From assembly GCA_958296135.2 (NCBI GenBank), contig CATQHZ020000001.1, positions 416,001 to 480,000 on the forward strand: a stretch of 64,000 nt of DNA, read 5' to 3'. The stretch is from an uncultured Poribacteria bacterium (GTDB taxonomy: Bacteria; Poribacteria; WGA-4E; WGA-3G). A program made the position numbers and the translations under genes. Each line of letters opens with the position of its first letter. Position 1 is the first letter of the stretch. The notes below the pieces were generated by a model. It was not told where the DNA came from, ran no database searches, and saw nothing but the letters and a program-made list of their open reading frames with translations. Positions 51,563-60,262 of this stretch are shown here, piece after piece.

Positions 51563-53257
51563 TTAAAACGGGTTCGGCACCGTGGTGAAATGATGACACC
51601 GGTCTTCGCCGCGGAGGAGGATGGGTTTCCAAGGCCGTTTCAACGAATTCGCTTCCGCCTGTCGCACCGAGGGCGGGATATAGCGAATAGTGAGGCCGCA
51701 CCGCCGCCGGGTGGAATGATTTGGAAGACTTCCGTGAATGAGAGAGCCGTGGTGTATGGACATTTCGCCGGCTTTCAGCACCAGATCAGCTGCGGATGCC
51801 GCGGCTTCTTCCGTAACCGGCACCTCTTGATTGATGCTAAGCAGATTCCCATCGCGTGCAGACGTGCCGTGCGTCCGGATGCCGTCCCGGTGGCTGCCGG
51901 GAATCACTTGCATGCATCCGTTGCCGGTGTCGCTGTCATCGACTGCGTACCAGGCCGTGACTGCCTCCGGCGGTTCGAGCCCCCAATAGGTTACGTCTTG
52001 GTGCCATGCGACAAACTTCTCGCGTGGGCCATATTTACAGAAGAAGTGCGTGGCGAGCAGCATGACATCGGGGCCGATGAGTGCTTCAATGACATCGATA
52101 ATGTTGGGATGCGTGGCGAGTTCCCAGATAAAGCGATGTTCAAAATGCCAATCGACGAGTCCGATTTCGCATTTCTCCGCGCCGACTTCGGCCTCCAATG
52201 CGTTGTAAGCGTCTTGATAGCGCGCTGCATCGGGGGCATCGGCGACGTGGATGCCGGTTAAAAATCCATCGTGTTGGTATGTCTCTGCGAGAGAGCGTTT
52301 CGTGTGTTGCATGATATTCTCCTTGCTCACCTTTACCTTAGGGGCCGGGGGCGTTTTCGCCGCGCGCGACCTCGAGGGTTTGTCCCTTGCGCGTTGAACC
52401 ATGTTCAATTTTTCAGAAATCTTTTTGGCACCGGCGAGGCGAGGATACACCTCAAACGCTAATTGCAACACCTCGCGTGCCTCCGGTAACCGATTGATTT
52501 CGACATAGAATTCCGCGATTTTTTTGTATATCCACGCCGTTTCCTGTTTCGGCAGATGTAACGCCTGCACTTTTTCGAGTGGGATGCTCCCGATGTGTCG
52601 GTGTCCTTCTACGCTGAAATGGAACAGATATATCGTTTTCAAGCGTTCCTTAACTTCTCGAGTGAAGTGCCGGAAACAGGGACGCTGCGCTTCGGCGGCG
52701 AGCAGGGATTCATATATCGCCATTGCGCGTTCGCAGTAGTAGCGCGGGGGCCTGTCTCCTGCGGTGCCGACGCGCCCAGGGCATCCCCGCTTTTGAAACG
52801 CAATCTTCTCATACGCTTCGGCGACGAGGAATTCGCAGTCGCGGCTCTCCTCATAACTCAACACCGCATCAAGGTTTCCGACTCCCTCTTTCTCCGCTAA
52901 GTGCTGCAGCAGCTGTTCATAGAGCGAAATTCCTGTCTCATAGTTGCGCTGGAGCAGTGCCTGAAATAGCACTTCCACTGCTGCCTCGGTATCGCTCAGG
53001 TTGCTATAGGCGGTTCGATGTCCGGCGAGCGATTTTCTCTCTGCTGCGCGGAGCATTCTGTCGTAGTCAGCTTTCTGCTTTGCATCGCGCAGGACGGTGT
53101 AGGCGCGCCAGATGCGGCGAAACATTCGCGCGGCGGCGCGTTCTGGGTTTTTATCGGGATGGTAGCGTTTCGCGAGGTTGCGGAATGCCTGTTTAATTTC
53201 CGCCGCTGTCGCGTCCCTATCAATCTCTAAGAGGGCGTAGTAGTCCAGCGCGCTCAC
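51563..53257 (-). CDS. DnaJ-domain/TPR-like protein fused in frame to a PhyH-family dioxygenase
   Basis: DYY.LL, YHPDKN; C-terminal WHQD...IPGSH...HGS; internal AAGGAG plus ATG at 52312. Confidence 0.85.
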   Translation of the reverse strand: MSALDYYALLEIDRDATAAEIKQAFRNLAKRYHPDKNPERAAARMFRRIWRAYTVLRDAKQKADYDRMLRAAERKSLAGHRTAYSNLSDTEAAVEVLFQALLQRNYETGISLYEQLLQHLAEKEGVGNLDAVLSYEESRDCEFLVAEAYEKIAFQKRGCPGRVGTAGDRPPRYYCERAMAIYESLLAAEAQRPCFRHFTREVKERLKTIYLFHFSVEGHRHIGSIPLEKVQALHLPKQETAWIYKKIAEFYVEINRLPEAREVLQLAFEVYPRLAGAKKISEKLNMVQRARDKPSRSRAAKTPPAPKVKVSKENIMQHTKRSLAETYQHDGFLTGIHVADAPDAARYQDAYNALEAEVGAEKCEIGLVDWHFEHRFIWELATHPNIIDVIEALIGPDVMLLATHFFCKYGPREKFVAWHQDVTYWGLEPPEAVTAWYAVDDSDTGNGCMQVIPGSHRDGIRTHGTSARDGNLLSINQEVPVTEEAAASAADLVLKAGEMSIHHGSLIHGSLPNHSTRRRCGLTIRYIPPSVRQAEANSLKRPWKPILLRGEDRCHHFTTVPNPF

Positions 53258-56200
53258 GATAGCACCTCTCGTAGGAACCGGCCCGTGTGCGATGTCGCCA
53301 CCGCCGCAATTTCTTCCGGTGTGCCGGTGGCGACAATGTAGCCGCCGCCTTTGCTCCCCTCCGGTCCTAAATCGATAACCCAGTCGGCGGCTTTGATTAC
53401 GTCGAGGTTGTGTTCCACGGCGATAATCGTATTGCCTGCATCGACGAGTCGGTTCAGCACTTTCAGCAGTTTCTGGACATCGTCAAAGTGTAATCCTGTC
53501 GTCGGTTCATCCATGATGTAAAGCGTTGAGCCGATGTTCCGTCGCGAGAGCTCCTTGGCGAGTTTGACGCGCTGTGCCTCTCCGCCGGAAAGCGTTGTCG
53601 CCGATTGTCCTAATTGCAGATAGTCCAACCCGACGGCGGCGAGGACTTCAAGCGGGTGCCGGATGTTGTCAATATCCCTGAACACCTCAAGTGCCTCCCC
53701 CACCGTCAACTGCAACACCTCGGCGATGTTTTTGCCTTTATACCTCACCGAGAGCGTTTCAGCGTTGTAGCCGGTGCTGCCGCACGCCTCGCACGGCATC
53801 CAGACATCGGGGAGGAAGTGCATCTCGATGCGGTTGAACCGGTGTCCATCGCATCGCTCGCATTGCCCGTAGTTGAGATTGAAACTGAACCGGGCCCTGT
53901 CAAAACCAAGGGCGCGCGCCTCCGGCTGTGCGGCGAACACCGCGCGGATTTTGGTGAATAACTCGGTGTAGGTTGCCGGATTTGAACGCGGTGTCTCGCC
54001 AATCGGTTTCTGATCTACGTTAATGAGCCGCTTGATTGCGGACACGCCTCGGATGTTTCGATAGACAGGGTTTCCCTGCTGGTGCTTTTCTGCCAGGGCC
54101 CGCCGGTAGCGTTCAAAATCAAATTCGGCATCCGCATCGCTAGTCTGGACAGTGCGTCGGTTTTCCAGCGCGGGCCGAAGTGTCCCATCGACAAGTGAAC
54201 TTTTCCCACACCCGGAAACGCCTGTCACACAAATGAGCATGCCTAACGGAAACGCGACATCAATGTCTTTCAGGTTGTTTGTCTGCACACCGGTGAGCGT
54301 GAGTGCCTTGCCCGTACCTTTGCGCCGAGTTTTCGGCACCGGAATCTCCAACGCATCAGCGAGGTAGGCGTGCGTCAGTGAACGGTTTCCGTTTTCCCCG
54401 ATTCCGTAGCGCGAGGGAAACTTGTCCCCCGCTACGTTTCCACTGGCCGTGAATGCCTGCGGTTCGCCGGTTGCGACAATTTCACCGCCGTGTTCGCCTG
54501 CCCGCGGCCCGAAATCAACAAGATGGTCTGACGCTAGCATCGTGTCTCTATCGTGTTCGACGACGATGACGCTATTGCCGATATCGCGCAGAGCCTTCAT
54601 CGCGGCGATGAGCCGCTCCTGGTCGCGGGGGTGCAGCCCGATGCTCGGTTCATCGAGGATGTAGGTAACCCCGGTGAGTCCACTGCCGAGTTGGCTGGCG
54701 AGCCGAATGCGGCGGATTTCGCCGCCGGAGAGCGTTGGTGCCGGCCGTTCTAATTCCAGGTAGCCGAGCCCGATATCGTCAAGGAACCGGAGCCGTGTCT
54801 GAATCTGGCGAAGAATCTCTGCCTCAAATTCCGGCGATGTATGCGCGTGAAGGGACGGATGCGTCGCTCGGGAGGTGACTGGCCCGGTGAGTTCCGTCAC
54901 GGTAGGAGTCATCTCCTCTGCGTTGCGAGTCTCCGCCGCAATTCCCTTGATTCTTTCGTCGAAGAATTGGAGAATCTCCGTAATGGACATGTTCATCACT
55001 TCGGCGATGGTTTTCTTGCAGAACCTAACATGGCTAGGGAAGGGTTGGAGTCGGCTGCCGGCGCATTCAAGGCAGTTCTCTGGCGGTTCCCCGGCGAGTG
55101 TCTTCGTCAGTGTCGTCAGGGAGGCGCGTCTGCCGAGTCCGTCGCAATGAGTGCACGCGCCCAGTTTGTTGTTAAAGGAGAAATGACGCGGCGTGAGTTG
55201 CGGGAAATTATTGCCACAAGATGGGCAGACAGCGTGTTCGCTTTTTTGTATGTCGCGAGGCGTTCGGCTGCTTCCCTGGTGCGATGCCGTTTCCTTTTGG
55301 GTGCTGCTCTTAAAGATAACAAACCCGTGGCCTTGTTTTAGTGCGAGCTCTACTGCTTCGGTGAAACGGCTTTTCTCTATATCCACCAATTCCACCCGGT
55401 CGATGACAAGTAACACTTCCTGTCGGATGCCTTTGTGGAGGGCTGGTGCTTCATCGAGGCGGTGCAGTTTGCCGTTGACTTGGACGCGCGCGAACCCTTC
55501 CTTTTGCAGCCGTCGAAATGCGTCTTCGTAATCCTCGTTGGCTTTTAAACCGGGGGTGCCATCAATATCCATGCCGATGTTTGGGCTGTGCAGCCGATAA
55601 TTGGTGAGGGGTGCGAGAACATCGACGCGGTTGCCGTGCATTTCTTCAAACACCGTATCGGCGATTTCCTGCGCGGTCTGGGGACGCACCGGTTCCAGAC
55701 AAGCGGGGCAGCGCGGCTGTCCCCATCTGGCATAAAGGGTGCGGAGTCCATCGTGGATTTCGGTAATCGTTGCGACGGTGGAGCGTGGATTCTGAGTGGG
55801 GCTCGTATGCGAAATGGCGATGGCTGGGGACAAACCTTCAATCTTCGCTACCTTCGGTTTCTCCATTTGCCCGATAAACTGCCGTGCGTAGGTATTCAGC
55901 GTCTCAATGTACCGGCGTTGCCCTTCGGCGTAGAGGGTATCCAATGCGAGTGAGGTTTTGCCGGAGCCGCTTACACCGGTGAGGGCGGTAAGTTTGCCGT
56001 GCGGGATGTCAATGTCAATGTTTTTAAGGTTATTTTCCTCAGCCCCGCGCACAACGATAGCACCGTGCTCCCAAACATCCCCAACATTGGAGCCCGAAAA
56101 CGTTGATGACGGATGACGTAAGTCCCTGTGCTCATTGCGAACGCCGAAAGAGCCGCGGAGTGCCTGTCCGGTGTAAGATTCAGGGACTTCGGCGACTTCC

Positions 56201-59127
56201 TCCGGTGTGCCGACAGCGACGATGTTACCGCCGTTCACGCCGCCTTCGGGGCCTAAATCGATAAGATAATCGGCGGAGTGAATGACTTCAAGGTTGTGTT
56301 CTACGACGATGACGGTGTTGCCGGCCTCGACGAGCCGGTGGAGGATAGCGAGCAACTTATTGACATCGTCAAAGTGCAGTCCTGTTGTCGGTTCATCGAG
56401 CAGATAGAGCGTCTTGCCTGTGCTCCGTTTGGCGAGTTCGCGGGACAATTTAATCCGCTGTGCTTCACCGCCGGAGAGCGTTGGCGCGGGTTGTCCGAGT
56501 TTAATGTAATCTAGCCCGACATCGTGGAGCAGCTGCAACGGTTTAGCAATTTTGGGGATGTCAGCGAAGTGCGCGAGGGCAACATCAACATCCATCTCTA
56601 GTACATCGGCGATGCTTTTGTCTTTGTATGTGACGGTGAGCGTCTCGCTGTTGTAGCGGTGTCCTTCACACAATTCGCACTCCACCCAGACATCGGAGAG
56701 CAGGCCCATGTCCACCTTTTTCGCGCCGTTTCCGCTGCACGCTTCACATCTGCCGCCGGTGACGTTGAAACTGAACCGTCCGGGTTTATAGCCGCGCAGT
56801 TTGGCCTCGGGTAGGGTGGCATAGAAGGCGCGAATTGCGTCGAACACCTTCGTATAGGTAGCGGGATTGGAGCGGGGCGTGCGCCCGATGGGTGCCATGT
56901 CGATGTGGATAATTTTGTCAATCACCTCCGAGACAGGTACCGTTTTCTCTTTTGCGACGATGGCTTCGTTTCCGGTAGCGCGCGGGACACCTGTCCCTCG
57001 CGATTGGTTTTCTGTCAGGACCAGCCCTTGAATCTTTTCGTATGCCCCCGGTACCGTCTTTGCGCGCATTAAGTCGCGGGCGAGCGCGTTGTAGAGGATA
57101 TCGTGGATGAGCGAGCTCTTTCCGGAGCCGCTTACGCCTGTGACACAACACAGTGTGCCGAGTGGGATTCTCGGATGAATGCCTTTGAGATTGTTTTGGC
57201 GCGCGCCGCAGATTTGCACCCACTTTTCGTTGCCGGGCCGGCGCGATGCGGGTTGCACTATCTGCTTGTCCCCGCGCAGGTATTGTGCCGTGAGGGAATC
57301 GCTCTCGTCGCGGATTTGTGCTGGGGTGCCCATTGCGGTGATGGTGCCGCCCTTTAGGCCTGCCCCGGGTCCGAAATCGACTATCCAGTCGGCGATGTGC
57401 ATCGTCGCCTCATCATGTTCCACGACGACGACGGTGTTGCCTTGGTTGCGCAGGTTGATGAGCGTTGCGAGCAGTCCGGCGTGGTCCCGGGGATGTAGGC
57501 CGATGCTGGGTTCATCGAGAACGTAAGTCACATCGCGGAGCCCTGCGCCGACTTGACTGGCGAGCCGGATGCGCTGCGATTCGCCGCCGGAGAGCGTCGG
57601 CGCGGAACGGGCCAGCGTGAGATAGCCTAACCCGACGCGCAGGAGGAACCCGAGCCGCCCGCGCACCTCTTTTAACAATTCGGCGGCGATGAATGCCTCA
57701 CGCGTGGGAAGTTCAAGCGCGTTGAAGAAGGCGGCTGCCTCTTCAACAGACATGGCTAACACGTCCGTGATAGGCGTGCCGTTGAGGGTGACAGCATTGA
57801 CAGCGGGCTTGAGGCGGCTGCCGTTGCACTCGCGGCAGGGGACATTGACAAAAAAGTCGGGCAAAGCGTCTTCGGCCATCTCGTGATATACATGTTCCTG
57901 CGCGGGGATGACACCCTGAAATCGGCCGCGATATCGGCGGAGGCGGTTACTGCCTTTAGCGGGCAATTGTGTAAAGGGGAGCGAGGTATCGCCGGTGCCG
58001 TAAAGGATGGCGTGCTGTTGTTCAGCGGTGAGTTCCTTCCACGGCGCGTCCACGTCAAAGCCGAGGTGTAGGGCGAGCGCGTGGATGACAGCCATCTGTT
58101 TCACATCCGGCTTCCCCCACAGTGTGAGGGCCCCCTCTGGGATAGAGCGTGTTTCGTCCGGTACGACGAGCGCGGGGGCGATGCCTTTTTGCGTGCCTAA
58201 GCCTTTGCATGCCTCGCATTGCCCTTCAGGAGTGTTGAAGGAGAAGTGGCGCGGTTCTGGGACTTCATAACTGACTTTGCACTGCCCGCACGCATATTGG
58301 GTGCTGAAAAGCCGTTCTTCGCCAGCATCATCTGATGCAGTAGGCGCGCCCCCCCGGCCACGATGCCCGCGCGCCCTTTCCGCAGTCCCTCGCGAGGTTT
58401 CCGCCCTAACAACGTGAACAATCAGGCTGCCGTCTCCAAGTTTCAGCCCTGTCTCCACAGCCTCGGCGACGCGGGATTCAATTCCCTCCTTGACGATAAT
58501 CCTGTCCACCACGATGTCAATATCGTGGCGTTGATTGGGATTGAGGGACATTTCGGAGCGGAGTTCATGGATATCGCCATCAATCCGGGCGCGCACGAAG
58601 CCTGCTTTCAGTGCATCAGCGAGTTCTCTACGATGTGCGCCGCGCCGTCTTCTCACCAGTGGGGCTAAGATGAGGAGCCGCGTGCGCGGCGGAAGGCTGA
58701 GAATTGCGTTCTGAATATCATTGGTGCTTTGTGAACCTACCGGCTGTCCACATTCGGGACAGTGAAATTGCCCTGCGCGGGCGTACAAGACACGCAGGTA
58801 ATCGTATATTTCAGTAACAGTAGCAACGGTAGAACGCGGATTGTGTCCGGTTGAACCCTGGTCGATGGCAATAGAGGGCGACAGCCCGACAATCTCGTCA
58901 ACCTCCGGTTTGCGGAGTTGCCCCAAAAACTGGCGTGCATACGCGGAGAGCGATTCGATGTAGCGGCGTTGTCCTTCCGCATACAGCGTATCCATCGCGA
59001 GCGAGGATTTGCCGGAACCGCTCACGCCGGTGAAAACAATCAACTTCTCTTTGGGGAGCCGGATATTGATGTTTTTTAGGTTATGTTCTCTCGCGCCGTG
59101 GATATCAATAGTGGTGTGTTTTTCCAT
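53254..59127 (-). CDS. uvrA: Double-length excinuclease ABC subunit A
   Basis: Four Walker A motifs (GVSGSGKS twice, GVSGSGKT, GVSGCGKS), four LSGGE signatures, Zn fingers; 1957 aa. Confidence 0.96.
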   Translation of the reverse strand: MEKHTTIDIHGAREHNLKNINIRLPKEKLIVFTGVSGSGKSSLAMDTLYAEGQRRYIESLSAYARQFLGQLRKPEVDEIVGLSPSIAIDQGSTGHNPRSTVATVTEIYDYLRVLYARAGQFHCPECGQPVGSQSTNDIQNAILSLPPRTRLLILAPLVRRRRGAHRRELADALKAGFVRARIDGDIHELRSEMSLNPNQRHDIDIVVDRIIVKEGIESRVAEAVETGLKLGDGSLIVHVVRAETSRGTAERARGHRGRGGAPTASDDAGEERLFSTQYACGQCKVSYEVPEPRHFSFNTPEGQCEACKGLGTQKGIAPALVVPDETRSIPEGALTLWGKPDVKQMAVIHALALHLGFDVDAPWKELTAEQQHAILYGTGDTSLPFTQLPAKGSNRLRRYRGRFQGVIPAQEHVYHEMAEDALPDFFVNVPCRECNGSRLKPAVNAVTLNGTPITDVLAMSVEEAAAFFNALELPTREAFIAAELLKEVRGRLGFLLRVGLGYLTLARSAPTLSGGESQRIRLASQVGAGLRDVTYVLDEPSIGLHPRDHAGLLATLINLRNQGNTVVVVEHDEATMHIADWIVDFGPGAGLKGGTITAMGTPAQIRDESDSLTAQYLRGDKQIVQPASRRPGNEKWVQICGARQNNLKGIHPRIPLGTLCCVTGVSGSGKSSLIHDILYNALARDLMRAKTVPGAYEKIQGLVLTENQSRGTGVPRATGNEAIVAKEKTVPVSEVIDKIIHIDMAPIGRTPRSNPATYTKVFDAIRAFYATLPEAKLRGYKPGRFSFNVTGGRCEACSGNGAKKVDMGLLSDVWVECELCEGHRYNSETLTVTYKDKSIADVLEMDVDVALAHFADIPKIAKPLQLLHDVGLDYIKLGQPAPTLSGGEAQRIKLSRELAKRSTGKTLYLLDEPTTGLHFDDVNKLLAILHRLVEAGNTVIVVEHNLEVIHSADYLIDLGPEGGVNGGNIVAVGTPEEVAEVPESYTGQALRGSFGVRNEHRDLRHPSSTFSGSNVGDVWEHGAIVVRGAEENNLKNIDIDIPHGKLTALTGVSGSGKTSLALDTLYAEGQRRYIETLNTYARQFIGQMEKPKVAKIEGLSPAIAISHTSPTQNPRSTVATITEIHDGLRTLYARWGQPRCPACLEPVRPQTAQEIADTVFEEMHGNRVDVLAPLTNYRLHSPNIGMDIDGTPGLKANEDYEDAFRRLQKEGFARVQVNGKLHRLDEAPALHKGIRQEVLLVIDRVELVDIEKSRFTEAVELALKQGHGFVIFKSSTQKETASHQGSSRTPRDIQKSEHAVCPSCGNNFPQLTPRHFSFNNKLGACTHCDGLGRRASLTTLTKTLAGEPPENCLECAGSRLQPFPSHVRFCKKTIAEVMNMSITEILQFFDERIKGIAAETRNAEEMTPTVTELTGPVTSRATHPSLHAHTSPEFEAEILRQIQTRLRFLDDIGLGYLELERPAPTLSGGEIRRIRLASQLGSGLTGVTYILDEPSIGLHPRDQERLIAAMKALRDIGNSVIVVEHDRDTMLASDHLVDFGPRAGEHGGEIVATGEPQAFTASGNVAGDKFPSRYGIGENGNRSLTHAYLADALEIPVPKTRRKGTGKALTLTGVQTNNLKDIDVAFPLGMLICVTGVSGCGKSSLVDGTLRPALENRRTVQTSDADAEFDFERYRRALAEKHQQGNPVYRNIRGVSAIKRLINVDQKPIGETPRSNPATYTELFTKIRAVFAAQPEARALGFDRARFSFNLNYGQCERCDGHRFNRIEMHFLPDVWMPCEACGSTGYNAETLSVRYKGKNIAEVLQLTVGEALEVFRDIDNIRHPLEVLAAVGLDYLQLGQSATTLSGGEAQRVKLAKELSRRNIGSTLYIMDEPTTGLHFDDVQKLLKVLNRLVDAGNTIIAVEHNLDVIKAADWVIDLGPEGSKGGGYIVATGTPEEIAAVATSHTGRFLREVLS

Positions 59128-59202
59128 TTTTTGTTTGTCGTGCTGTTGCGAGGGGCGCCCTCGGCGATTCGTGCTCGCCGGGTTTTCCCTCGCGCTACGG
59201 AC

Positions 59203-60168
59203 TCAGTGGATGCCACCGATATCCCTCAATTGTCGTATGTCTTGCCGCCACGCCGTTTTTACCGAGACGTAAAGTTCCAAGAAGACGCGGGCATCAAGAA
59301 ATTTTTCGATATCCCGCCGTGCTTGCTCGCCGATGCGTTTGATGAGCGTTCCGCCTTTGCCAATAAGAATGCCTTTCTGTGTCTGCCGTTCTGCGTAGAC
59401 GATGGCGCGGATGTAAATCATACCTGTGTCGCGCCGCTGGAATTCCTCAACGACGACAGCGGTGCTATAGGGTACTTCGCGTTGCGTGAGGAGCATCACT
59501 TTCTCCCTCACGGTTTCGGCGATGAAAAAGCGTTCCGGTAAATCGCTTACCTGTTCTTCGGGAAAATAGCGGGGCCCCGGGGGCAAAGCGTCCTGAACCT
59601 GCGTCATGAGGAGCGGCAGTCCATCTTGCGTGCGTGCGGAAATCGGTATCATCGCGGCGAAGTCATACCGCGCGCCGTAACCCGCGAGTATCGGGAGAAG
59701 CCTCTCTTTTGCAACCAGATCGACTTTGTTGAGAGCAAGAATCGTTGGCGCGTTGGTTCGGCGGAGGCGCGCGAGAATCTGACGTTCATTGCCTTCTCCC
59801 TCTTGCAGTTCGCCAGTAGGCGTGAGCCGCGCGCGAGAGACATCGATGACGAAGAGGACGACATCGGCACCGCCTAACGCATTGTAAGCGGCTTTCACCA
59901 TCTCCGTGTGCAATCGGTATTTGGTAACATCCATCAGCCCGGGCGTGTCAACAAAAATGATTTGGTGCGTATCGGTGGAGACGATGCCGCGAATCTGGTG
60001 GCGGGTTGTCTGCGGCTTCGGGGTGACGATAGCTAATTTTTGCCCGAGCAGCGCATTGAGCAGCGTCGATTTCCCAACGTTGGGCCTGCCGATGATGCTG
60101 ACGTAACCGGATGTGAAGTTTTCGTTTTTTGTGTTGTTTCTAGCGGTGGTTTGGCTTTCGCTTTGCAT
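59203..60168 (-). CDS. era: GTPase Era
   Basis: GRPNVGKSTL, KPQTTR, DTPG, NKVD, KH-domain ILIGKGG; start set at ATG 60168. Confidence 0.96.
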   Translation of the reverse strand: MQSESQTTARNNTKNENFTSGYVSIIGRPNVGKSTLLNALLGQKLAIVTPKPQTTRHQIRGIVSTDTHQIIFVDTPGLMDVTKYRLHTEMVKAAYNALGGADVVLFVIDVSRARLTPTGELQEGEGNERQILARLRRTNAPTILALNKVDLVAKERLLPILAGYGARYDFAAMIPISARTQDGLPLLMTQVQDALPPGPRYFPEEQVSDLPERFFIAETVREKVMLLTQREVPYSTAVVVEEFQRRDTGMIYIRAIVYAERQTQKGILIGKGGTLIKRIGEQARRDIEKFLDARVFLELYVSVKTAWRQDIRQLRDIGGIH

Positions 60169-60233
60169 CGGATGTTTCCTTGACGTTGTCAAGACTTGCA
60201 GTTCTGATTTTGCTATAGGGTGCGATTGCATAT

Positions 60234-60262
60234 ATTATACGTTATTTTTTTACGATTGTCAA
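60234..60262 (-). promoter_or_regulatory. sigma70 promoter for era-uvrA
   Basis: TTGACA-17-TATAAT; the -35 box overlaps the rbsK stop. Confidence 0.75.
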
